Assembly (NCBI GenBank): GCA_051362555.1
Contig: CM120649.1
Coordinates: 15,700,567 to 15,764,566, forward strand
Direction of reading: 5' to 3'
DNA from: Lingula anatina
Taxonomy: Eukaryota; Animalia; Brachiopoda
DNA: 64,000 nt
Part shown: positions 13,319 through 24,112 of the stretch, one piece after another
Layout: the number at the start of each line of letters is the position of its first letter
How positions within the stretch are numbered: position 1 is the first letter of the stretch
Notes under the pieces: model-generated
The model's input: only the letters and a program-made list of their open reading frames with translations
Databases searched by the model: none
What the model was told of the DNA's origin: nothing
Made by a program: the position numbers and the translations under genes

Positions 13319-14105
13319 TTATACCTATACTTAAACTTATAAGTATTTGTACATAAAATATCATAAATAATACTACATAAAATATCATAAATAAAATCTA
13401 GGTAAAACAACCATTATTCCATACAATCAAATGCAATTTATACAACATTTATAAAACCAATTAAGAGTTAATCAAAATATTTCCTAAAAAGGTATGTTTT
13501 GAGTTCTTTTTTTAAATGTTTGGTAGACTGAATTGCTCGGATTTCCAGCGGTAATAGATTCCATTCCTTTGGACCTGCAGCTTTAAAAGATATATCACTG
13601 TAGGTTTTTAATCGCGTTTTTTTCTGGGTTGAGTAGCAATTGGTCTACAGACCGCAGATTTCGCATTGGAACATAGTTACTGTCTAATTCATTGATGTAG
13701 ATTGGTGCCAATCCATAAAAAGCATCGTGAGCAAAGACTAAAAATTTGAATAAAATTCTGGCCTGTAGAGGTAGCCAGTGTAAACTTTTTAAAACTGGGG
13801 AGATGTGTATACTTGTGGATGTACGAGTTAATAATCTGGCCGAAATATTTTGAATGCGCTGCAGTCTAGCAATTTGTTTCTTTGGACAACCGTATAAAAT
13901 GGAGTTGCAGTAATCTAATCGAGATGTAACTAAACAGTTTATAACTGTGGCTGCAGCAGAGTCAGACAACTGATTGCGAATTGGACTTATTTAAGTACCT
14001 AATGTTAAAAACCGCTGACCTGCATACACTGGCAATATGTTTGTTCATACAAAGTGATCCATCTAAAAATACACCAAGATTTTTTTGCGTGAGGTGTTGG
14101 CTTAA
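13319..14105 (-). mobile_element. 5'-truncated L2/CR1-group LINE remnant (RT C-terminus and 3' UTR)
   Basis: ORF 13595-13969 has the L2-type tail LVTSRLDYCNSILYG..LQRIQN..ARL..HISPVLKSLHWLP..RI.FK; frameshifted on both sides. It interrupts the array, whose sequence resumes mid-unit at about 14105. Confidence 0.88.
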
Positions 14106-14664
14106 TAATGTGTCTGTACATATATAGCGGCATCATCCATGCCTGGCTGCGTCCCTGAAACCGGAGTGGGAGACGGAAACGTCGACATTTCTTCTTACAC
14201 CATAGACTGTTGTTACCCTCTATCAAGGCCGCAGGTATTATTATGTAGATATTTCACAGTACAGAGATTAGACGTCTATTACACCAGAGACATATCAGCG
14301 AATTTCTAGTGAAAAATTAATCTGCGGCCCTGGTAGAGGGCACAGTATTACCATTTTGCCTCAACTAACCTTGATTTGTTCTAATTTTCACCTCAGGTTA
14401 AAATGACTCCCCTAAACCCTATCCTGTTTTACATAGTTTTTCCTCTTAGAGACTTAGGCAACCCCTATCTTTGTACATCAGCCTTTCAGTAGTAGTCTGG
14501 GACTGGGTTGTGAGGTTCCAAGTCTACCGGGTTTATTGCTGTATTATTTTGTCAGCCTAAGTTAAAACAGTTCCCTGTACATATATAGGCTTGTTTTCTT
14601 TCCTCCTCTTACCACCCCCTCTGAAATATCAAATTGAAATACGGGGTGACATTCACGCCATTTA

Positions 14665-14880
14665 GGGGCGTATTCCCATAGATTTTAGATCGATCTTTCC
14701 CTGTGGGGAGACTCACTAGATTACTGTCAGATAATCCGGCTTAAATGTCCTTCCCGCCTACCACAAGCTGTAAGGGGGCAGTTAACTTTCTTGCCCGCTC
14801 GGCTGACAGCTATTTAACGTGAACCCCAAGGGAGTTAGGTCGATCTAGTTGGATCGATCTAATCTCTGGGAATGGGGTCC
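14665..14880. mobile_element. MITE (Tourist/Harbinger-like), TAG target duplication
   Basis: Ends GGGCGTATTCCCA..TGGGAATGGGGTCC between TAG copies. The empty site gccatttaggagtc is visible in the paralogous segment at about 12083-12096. A sibling copy lies at 38837-39049. Confidence 0.85.
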
Positions 14881-15218
14881 TAGGAGTCTTTCTGAAGGTC
14901 TCATCATCTCAGAATGGACAAGTGCGGAACTGACGGTAATTTTGTCTCTTACAGAAAATAAAGAAGAACCACCCACTCATACACACACAATCACAAACTT
15001 CAGGGGGCGTCTCTCCCACCACCCCCCGGTCAATGTACATTGTGAACTTTCCATAAACACAATTTAAAATTTTTGAAAAAAAAGAGATGTATATATCATG
15101 GTTGTCAAAAAAAGTGAATAAATCTACTATTCTGCAATAAATATATATATTAATAGATAAATAAAAAAAAAATTACACACATGCACATATCCAATGTGAC
15201 AAGTGCCCCACCATGTCG

Positions 15219-15507
15219 CTTTATATACATGTAGGTATACACTAGCAGCGGTTACCCTGCTCAGGGTGGCAGTGGTGCTTTGCCCCCCCCTCCCCCCCTC
15301 CCCCCCCCCCCCCCCCCCCCCCCTTAAAAAATCACCTGATCCGTAATAGCAATCGCACGGGAATTTTTGTGAAATGTGGGACTTTGTACATCAGAAATCC
15401 CCTTCGGTAAACACGCGATACTGCAATGCGGGGGTTATCGGTGGATATTATTGGATGAAAGGAAAAAGTCCCAATGTGCGTGCGTATACCTTCGCGCAGT
15501 ATATAAC
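15219..15507. promoter_or_regulatory. TATA plus NF-kB motif cluster, array unit C
   Basis: Minus-strand TATATAAAG (15227-15219); GGGAATTTTT (about 15359), GGGACTTT (15378), GAAATCCCC (15394), GGAAAAAGTCCC (15461-15472); plus-strand TATATAA at about 15500. Confidence 0.55.
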
Positions 15508-16498
15508 AGAGAATGGTAACCAGGCTATCGCCATATTGTAGTGTCCTCTACGAAGATCTATGGAGACTCTGCGCATCTAGTTTCATGCACAGTGCCATTC
15601 ACAGTCGCGCTGCATTCAACGGACGTACTTGCGTACAGTGCTAGTTTACTGAACACCCAATACTGGGTGATAGAATGGTTACGGGCATTTCTATGTACAG
15701 AAACAATAGTGCCTGTACACATAGCGGCATCACCCGTGTCTGGCTGCGTCCCTGGAACCGGAGTGGGAGACGGAAACGTAAATTTCAGACTGAAAGGCAG
15801 TGTTATTACCCTCTACCAGTTATTATTATGTGGATATTTCACAGTACAGAGATTAGGCGTCTATTACACCAGACTTATCAGCGAATTTTTCAGTAAAAAA
15901 TCAATCCGCGGCCCTGGTAGAGGGTGCAGTGTTACAATTTTGCCTTAACTAACCTTGATTTGTTCCCTATCCTGTTTTACATAGTTTTTCCTCTTAAGCA
16001 GCTCCTCTCATTGTACATCAGCCTTTCAGTAGTAGTCTGGGACTGGGTTGTGAGGCTCCAAGTCTATTGCTGTATTATTTTCCCAGCCTTCATGTTTAAA
16101 CTGTTCCCTGTGCACACATCGGCATGTTGTTTTCTTCCCTGCTTTTACCACCTCCTCTGAAATATAAAATTGAAATACAGGGTGAAATTCACGGCATTAA
16201 GGAGTCCATATGAAGGCCTCATCTTCTTGGAATGAACAAGTGCTGAACGCTCAGTAAATTTGTCTCCCCCCAACCCCCAACCCAAACCCACTCCCGGTCA
16301 AGCTGACATGTGTATCGTAAAATCTCCCTAAACACATCATTAAAAAATATGTAGTTTGTCATGAAGGCCAAATAAAATGAATAAAGCTAGCATTCTACAA
16401 TAAATAAATATAAAAAAACAATACACATGCACCGGTATCCACAATTAACCGTCTGCTATAACTTGCACGCCACCACAAGGTTCCATACCCATAAAGGC

Positions 16499-16624
16499 CT
16501 TTTATAGGCCTAGGGACTGACGGGACATGGGAATCCCCGATTCTGATGATACAATGTTAGGAACTGCACGAATGAAGTCACAAGGGGGCAAGTTACAAGT
16601 TATGTCTTTTATCGACCATAATAG

Positions 16625-16679
<55 letters not shown>

Positions 16680-16905
16680 CACACACACACACAAAAATCA
16701 CCCGATTCCGTAATAGCAATCGCACGGGAATTTTTATGAAATGTGGGACTTTACACTGGAAATCCCCGTCAGTAAACACGGCAGTGTAAAACTTCGCCTA
16801 CGCACATGCGATACTGCAACAAGGGGATTTTCGATGGTTTGCATGATTGGTGGGTATTATTGACGCAAGGAAAAAGTCCCAATGTGACAGCGTTATAATA
16901 TATAA
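16499..16905. promoter_or_regulatory. TATA plus NF-kB motif cluster, array unit D
   Basis: Minus-strand TATAAAAG (16506-16499); GGGAATCCCC (16529-16538), GGGAATTTTT (16726), GGGACTTTAC (16745), GGAAATCCCC (16758), GGGGATTTTC (16823), GGAAAAAGTCCC (16869-16880); plus-strand TATATAA at about 16899. Confidence 0.6.
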
Positions 16906-17263
16906 CAGAGAAGGGTGAACAGACGACCGTCATTCTTTAGTGCCCTCTACGTAGATCTGCGCCTTAGTTTCATATACAGTGCCATTCACAGTCGCGCTGC
17001 ATTCAACGGACCGACTTGCGTACAGTGTTAGTTTACTGAACACCCAAAACTAGATCATTGAAAGGATACGGGCATTTCTGTGTATAGATACAGTAGTACC
17101 CGTACATAGTGCCATCGCTTGTGTCTGGCTGCGTCCCTGAAGTCGGATTGGGAGAAGGAAACATCAAATTTTTTTGTTACAGCACAGACTAAAAGGCAGT
17201 GTTATTACCCTCCACCAGGGCCGCATTAATTATTATGTGGATATTTCACAGTACACAGATTAG

Positions 17264-18131
17264 GAGACTATCCCCAGACCCTGTCGTACTAACTGTGGAT
17301 CGATATATGTCCAAGGGGATTCTCGCTAAATTACAATCAACTAAAGAGGCTTAGATGTCTGTCACGCCCATTGCAGCAGCTAGAGGTTAATCGATAATCG
17401 ATTTGCAGCTTCAGTAGGCGTATCAGACGTTTAAGCCGCTTAAGCTGAAAGCAATTTAGCGAGAAACCGATTGGTGATGGACCGATCCTGTTAGATCGAT
17501 CTAGGTATGGGAATTCAGTCTAGGAGACCATTCCCAGAGACTATCCTACAACTTTGGATCGAACTATCTCCGAGTGGATTGTCGCTCAATTGCAATTGAC
17601 TTGGGTGGCTTAGATGTCTGTCAAGCCTGCTGAGGCTGATAGGGGTAATTAACTGTCTTTTAGCAGCTTTAGTAGGCGTCCCAGACGTCTAAGCCGCTTG
17701 AGCTGAAAGTAATTTAGCGAGAGACCCCGTGGAGATGGACCGACCCCGTTAGATCGATCTAGGGATGGGAACCCAGTCTAGGGGTGCTTTCCCAGAGATT
17801 TAGATCGATCTAACTCCCTGGGGGTTCACGCTAAATTGCAGTCGGCCGAGCGGGCACCATAGTTAATTACCCCCTTACAGCTTTTAGCAGGCGGGACAGA
17901 CGCTTAAGCCGGCCAAGCTGACAGTAATCTAGTGAGACTCCCCACAGGGATAGATCGATCCAAAAATCTATGGAAATGGGGTGTAGCGTCTGTCCCGCCT
18001 ACTAAAAGCTGTAAGGGGGTAATTAACTATGGTGCCCGCTCAGCTGACTGCAATTTAGCGTGAACCCCCAGGGAGTTAGGTCGATCTAAATCTTAATCTT
18101 TAGATCGATCTAAATCTCTGGGAAGGCACCC
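17264..18131. mobile_element. Stack of four related MITEs separated by single TAG triplets
   Basis: TAG 17261 / copy 17264-17520 / TAG / copy 17524-17778 / TAG / copy 17782-17983 / TAG / truncated inverted copy to 18131 / TAG 18132. They share ..TCCCA(G/T)A termini and subterminal (t)agatcgatct motifs with the 14665 and 38837 elements. Confidence 0.85.
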
Positions 18132-19576
18132 TAGGAGACAAATCTGTGAATATCTAGTGCAAAATCAATCTGTGGCTCTGGTAGAGGTTACAGTGTTGCC
18201 ATTTTGCTTTTACTTACCTTGATTTGTTCAAATTTTGAGGTTGAAAATGACTCTTCTAAGCCTGTTTTACATAGAGTTTTTCCTCTTCGAGATTTAGCTC
18301 CTTTCATTGTACATCTGCCTTTCAGAAGTAGTCTGGGACTGGGCTGTGAGGCTCCAAGTCTATAGCTCTACCGGCCTTATTGCTGTGTTATTTTCTCAGC
18401 TTTTATGTTAAAACTGTTCCCTGTACATATGTCAGCTAGTTGTTTTCTTCCCTGCTTTTACCACCTCCTCTGAAATATCACATTGAAATACAGGGTGACA
18501 TTCAGGCCATTGAGGAGTCCGTCTAAAGGCCTCATCTTCTTGGAATGCCCAAGTGCTGAACTGTCAGTAATTTAATCTTTTACGGAAAATAAAAGGAGCA
18601 TAAAGTCTCTCTCACGCCCCCCCCCCCCCAAGCCCACACTCTGGGCCACGCTGACATGTACGTAATAAAAACTCCGTCCACACGTCATTAAAAATAAAAA
18701 TTAAAAACTATGTCTAATTATATGTATAATTTGTCATGGAGGTCAAATAAAATGAATAAAGCTAGTATTCTCCAATAAATAAATAAATAAATATAAAAAA
18801 TACAACACACATACACCTACAAATTAACCCACAAATTAACCGTCTGCCGTGGCTAGAACACCACCACAACGCACAATATCCGCGCTACATTTGGGTCTTT
18901 TATACCTACACAAGCGGCGGTGCTTTCCGGCGGGAATCCCAGATTCCAATTACAGAACTAGGATTCTCGCCAGAAAGCACCAAGCATCTCGCTGTACATA
19001 CTGTTTTCATACGGAATGACGTCACAGGAGACAATTGTTTCCTTTATCGACAATCATAGCAATCTCACGTGGAACATGTGTTGGGGGTGGTGGGCTCATG
19101 TCCTAGTTAGATTCCACTTTACCAAAATAACACGATTCAGAGACATTGTACATCAGCCTTTCAGTATAGTAGTCTGGGATTGAGCTGTGAGGCTCCAAGT
19201 CTATAGCTCTACCGGATTTATTGCTGTATTATTTTCTCAGCCTGAAAACTGTTCCCTGTACATATATCGGCATGTTGTTTTTTTCCCTGCTTTTGCCACC
19301 TCCTATGAAATTTCAAAATGATTAATATTAAAATAGGGTGAAATTCACATTTAGGAGTCCTTCTGAAGGCCTCATCATCTCGGAATGGACAAGTGCGGAA
19401 CTGTCATTAATTTTATCTCTTACGGAAAATTTAGAAGTAGGCTACCACCCACACATACACACACAATCACAAAATGTAGGGGGAGTGTCCCCCAACCCCC
19501 AACCCCCACCCCACCCCACTCCTGGTCACGCTGACATGCACATTGTAAAATCTCCTTCAACACATCATTAAAAGAT

Positions 19577-22500
19577 TCAGATTCAGATTCTTTATTGACA
19601 AACACCTTCACATAAAGGTATAATCAATTACAATACGATACTAGTGGCTAGAACATAGAACAGACAAATAAATAGATAAATAAATATATATATATACACA
19701 TATAGATTAGCAATTGTTGAAATCAGTGACTGTACACATGTATACGAATGTCGCATTCCATAATCAATTTACCAGGTTTGATCTACACGCCCAGTCTCTG
19801 CTGACAGCGCATAACGGGTCTCACACTGGTACTATGATCTGGTTTGGACATGCGCAGAAAGACTTACTCTCTTCTCCATGCATTTTTGTACGAATATGAG
19901 GAGGGGCGTAATCACATCCATTTCTTTTGTATTCATGATGTGTATAAACATATCCGGGGGAGAGAGGGCATTAGTATTACATAGGAAACTTATATTTTCG
20001 TAGAAAGCCGCCCGTAGTTCCTTATAGGCCTCGCATTTCAGAATGAAATGTACTTCATCTTCAACCTCTCCGGAATTACAGACTTGACATAATCTTAGAT
20101 GGGGCGGGGTTGGGGGTTTACTGTACCTCCCCTTCTCAATATGGAGTGAGTGAGCGCTGATTCTTAGTTTGCAGAATGTAGCCCTCCGTGCTTTATCAAA
20201 GGTCAGAACATAATTTTCGGTCTTAAAATCCTTCTTAAATTTTGTATATGTTCTAAGTTTGCTACTTTCCTTAATTGCCTCCCCCCATTGCAGGTCATAC
20301 ACTTTCTCGAGAGAGGCCCGGATATTTTTTGTTGAGACATTAATCGGTTTGGCTAATGGTCTATCCCAACACTCGACTTCACCACTAATTTGGAGTATTT
20401 GCTTTATGCCAAGGGACCAGGCACCACCTTTACTTTCAAATCTGTCTGTGTCGAGGGCTAAGGTGGCCAGGGATTCTTTACCCATAAAGTTAAGCTTTTT
20501 GAGGTGAAACCAGTATTTTGTTGCCAGGGCAAGCATATGAATTAACACTGGATAGCTTCCTAATTCGCCTCTGGTTGCTAGATTAGATGCCTTCCTGTGG
20601 ACCCCCAGTATTGTTTTACAGGCTTTAATGTGGACTTCTTCAGCCGGTGGTCTGTCACACCTTTCCAGGAGGTTATTCATGCTAGACTTAAGGATTAAAG
20701 GGGCCCATATTTCACAGCCGTAGCTAAGTATAGGGAGTATAAGCGTGGAAAAAAGTTTACGGGCAATTGACGCTGGGCTAGAAAACAGCTGGTGGCGGAT
20801 TTTAAAAAATGCTTTTTGTGCTTTGACTTTCAGTACTTCCATCGCTTTATTGAATTTTCCTGAAGGTGTGAATACCAAACCCAAGTAGCAATATTCTGAG
20901 CATATTTCTATTTTTTCGGCTCCTAGAAAGAAGGTTAGGTTATTCAGTAAGCGGCCAGGTTTGTTAAAAATCATAATTTTTGTTTTTTGGACATTTACTA
21001 TCAGCTTCCAGGTTTTACAGTATTCCGCCAAACTATTGAGGGCAGCCTGAAGTCCATCCGGGCTCTCTGATACTAGTACGAGGTCATCCGCGTACATTAA
21101 ACAACTAAGAGGTTTATCCCTAAGGTGAACAGGGTTGTATTTTTCATTGTTGCTGAACAGGTCGGGAATGTCCCTAATAAAAATGTTAAACAGTAAGGGA
21201 CTGAGGACGCAGCCCTGTTTGACACCTACACTTGTATTGATGACGTTTGTCAGTCCCCCTGGTGTTTTTACAGTAAACTGGACAGATTTATACATATTAC
21301 TTATTATATTTAGAAAGAGATTTCCTACCCCTGCCAGCTGTAGTTTATATAATAAGGCATTTCTCCATACTGTATCGTAGGCGCTTGAAAAATCTACGAA
21401 ACATACATATAGTTTATTTTTATCCATTTTATTTAGGTATTTATCGATGAGAGATTTGAGTACTAGCATATGGTCGACTGTACGTGCCCCTCTTTTAAAG
21501 CCGATTTGATTAGTAGGGATCGTGCTATTTTTAAAAGTAAATGATGTGAGTCTATTATTAAGTATTTTGCAAAATAGTTTACATAAGTTACTGGATACAG
21601 CTATCCCTCTATAATTTTTGGGGTCTTTTTTATCCCCTTTCTTGTGAATAACATTGAGCATACTCACTCTCCAGAGGGAGGGGAAGTTACCACTGGAGAA
21701 GATAGCATTGAACAGTTTAGTGATGGCTGGGGCAAGTGAGTCTATGCCCTCTCTAAGCATTTCATTTGGGATACCATCGATACCAGGGGACTTATTCTTT
21801 TTAAGACTACGAGCAGCTAGTTTTACTTCATGTTCAGTTATGGTAAAGTCAAGTTCGGTGAACAAGTTATGCTTAGGGTTTTGTGCTCTCTGGTTAACCA
21901 GGGTTTCAAAATTTATATTGTTGTGGGGCAGTGTCCTATTCATCAGGGTGTGGAAATGGACCCACCATTCGGTGGGGGAAACTGGGGTTTCTGTTGATTT
22001 AACTTTATCTTGTAGTTGGTTATATAGATCCCAAAATGCACGAGGGTTGCTTGTTTGCAGATTTTCTAGTGACCGAAAAATGCTGTCCCTAAACTTGTTC
22101 CGCTTTCTGTTTAGCAGTTTCTTGTATAATTTTTTCTTTTTGTTAATTTCTATTAGAAGATTTTCTTTACAGGGGTTATGTTTTACTGAACGTGCCTTCC
22201 TTTTAATGTCTCGAAATAGTTCCCTACAATCATTATCGTACCAGTGCTTACTTGTCTTTTTACCTCTTTTCTTTTTACTGGGGATTTTCTTATGTAGACC
22301 TGCTTCCCTACCTAGTTCGTCTAGGGTTTTATTAAAATCAGACAGTCTAAGGTCAACCCCTTCCATTGACGGATCATAGTGTTTATCTATAAAGGCTTTG
22401 AGAGTACCTGTTGACTGTTTTTGGGCCAGGTGGGTTTTCCAGCGCTCTGATGCCTTATTTGTCCAGTGGAATCTGGCTGGGGGGCATGTAAGGTCATCGT

Positions 22501-22764
22501 CATCGGCCAAGACATCCGGGTAAGAACACACCTGGGTGTTTAGGGTGCATGAGATCAGACAATGGATGGAGAAGGGAGTAAGCTCATGAACTTGGAAGTA
22601 CTCTATCTGATCTAGTATAGAAATCTGACATACCATGTAGTCTATTACACTAGGAAAGCCTCTGTAACTGTAGCACGTATAATAGCCAGCAGTGTCACCA
22701 AGTTTCCTACCATTAACTAATCTGATACCTGTACTCCTACAGAGATCGAGCAATTTCTTACCAT
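19577..22764 (-). mobile_element. 5'-truncated non-LTR retrotransposon (RTE-X-like LINE) with an uninterrupted ORF2 remainder
   Basis: ORF 19832-22786: end of an APE domain (SVIDY), RT (PGIDGI, NYRGIA, QIGFK, FVDFSSAYD, GVKQGCVLSPLLF, YADD, YLG) and C-terminal RISAH.L.IE.GRY..C..C..EDE.HF..C. 3' tail of (GAATCT)n repeats. Apparent TSD TAAAAGAT at 19569-19576 and 22786-22793. Empty site visible in unit A at about 13210-13245. The ORF-track start MYFFISF comes from flank or filler sequence. Confidence 0.93.
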
Positions 22765-22980
22765 AAAAAGATATAAAAAAATACATAAAAGATATAAAAA
22801 CGTCAAATATGTGCAGTTTGTCATGGAGGTCAAATAAAGTGAATAAGTATTCTGCACGGAATAAATAAATATTAAACTTATACTAAAGCACTAATAGAGA
22901 GCAGACCTCCGCCAAGCAGCAAAGTCTCCATTTGCTGTGAATAGCTAGCCAACACATATCGCCATATCGGCGCTATGGGT

Positions 22981-23170
22981 CTTATATAGGCCTACACGGG
23001 AATTCCACATTTCCCATGGTTCGTTCGAATGTTTGGGACTTAACACTGGAAATCCCCTTCCGTAAACCGGCGATACTGCACCGCGGGGATTTTCGGTGGA
23101 TACCATTGGATGAAAGGAAAATATCCCAATGTACGTGGGTCATTTCTTCCCGCTGTGTATAATAAAGTTG
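22981..23170. promoter_or_regulatory. TATA plus NF-kB motif cluster, array unit F
   Basis: Minus-strand TATATAAG (22988-22981); GGGAATTCC (22998-23006), GGGACTT (23035), GGAAATCCCC (23048-23057), GGGGATTTTC (23085-23094), GGAAAATATCCC (23116). Confidence 0.58.
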
Positions 23171-23533
23171 TAGACTGCGCCTTTAGTTTAATACAAAGTG
23201 CCATTCACAGTCGCGCTGCATTGAAAGGACGTGCAAGTTTGCGTAGAGTACTAGTTAACTGAACAGACAATACTGGGTGATAGAATGGTTGCGGGCATTT
23301 CTATGTTTGATATATTAATAATAATAATAAATTTATTTTATTTTGACATAGGGTGTGGTTGCCCCTAGGGGTGTTAATTCTAATTTAACATCGTATTTTC
23401 TGCTATATATCCATTGTACTAGCCATTTGAGTTAAAAACATGAAACGTATCTACAGTATCATTTGGGATGCGGAAAGGCATTTTTTTTTTCTTTTTTTGC
23501 ATTCAGTGGTTTTGATCATGTATGTCCTTTGTT

Positions 23534-23572
<39 letters not shown>

Positions 23573-23964
23573 GGAAAGAGAAACGAAGAGAGAGAGAGAG
23601 AGAGAGATTTAAAAGCTCTTTCTCTTCTGAATTTCTTTCTGAAATCTCCCCATAGTTTGCGGAGAACAGTTTGTGATATCTTGTCCTTTGAGGAACGTAC
23701 CAAAGAAGGCCCACGAAAATAAATTAATCACAATCTCCTTGGATGCCGTGGAAAAAATTTTGGATCGACTACTTTGTGAACAGTACCACTCAGTCCGAAG
23801 ACCGAGAGAAAGAGGGGCGGGGGCGTTGGGAATTCAAAAGAACCACCATTTTGTCGGTAAATAAAAAATGTGACCCGGTGAAGCTGGGTCAACTTAGGGG
23901 TGGAAAAGGGTCATTCATTTTAGAAAATGTGACCCTGGTTTAAAATTGCTGGCGCAGACGCTGA

Positions 23965-24112
23965 CAGGCCCGTAGCCAGAGGGGGTTCGAAAGAACCGCC
24001 CCTTTTGTTGGGAAAAGGTCCAATCTGGATAAAATTGATCTAGGTACATGACGTTTTTATGGGAAAAGGCCCACTTTTTCAGAAAAAGTTTGAAATTGCT
24101 TGCTACGGGTCT
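23965..24112. mobile_element. Short MITE, CAGGCCCGTAGCCA..TGGCTACGGG family
   Basis: Same internal sequence (gggttcgaaagaaccgccccttttg..ggaaaaggtcca) as copies at 34142-34311 and 43320-43487. Confidence 0.8.

Larger units (their letters stand above)
11750..23310 (-). repeat. Degenerate tandem array of about six promoter-plus-exon cassettes (core unit about 1.3-1.5 kb)
   Basis: Recurrent blocks such as acactggaaatcccc, ggaaaaagtcccaatg, cacccaatactgggtg, tggctgcgtccctg, tgtacatcagcctttcagtagtagtctggga, ccacctcctctgaaat, gaatggacaagtgc. Approximate units: A 11750-13318, B 14105-15130 (truncated), C 15170-16420, D 16420-18800, E 18810-19576 plus 22786-22885, F 22950-23310 (truncated). Confidence 0.92.

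Noticed and set aside
15541-15948. 135-aa plus-strand ORF and similar ORFs (12517, 12769, 15924) in array units
   Set aside because: Mostly non-ATG starts, frames not preserved between paralogous units, and no recognisable domain.
16625-16678. Long poly-C/poly-G tracts (also about 15285, 38587, 54015, 63463) as G-quadruplex elements or poly-Pro/Gly ORFs
   Set aside because: Common throughout the window, and homopolymer lengths are unreliable in assemblies.
17261-18134. CRISPR-like repeat/spacer appearance
   Set aside because: Eukaryotic context, no constant 25-40 bp repeat with unique spacers and no cas genes; the units are whole MITEs.
21654-22379. 241-aa plus-strand ORF
   Set aside because: Antisense shadow of the LINE ORF2.
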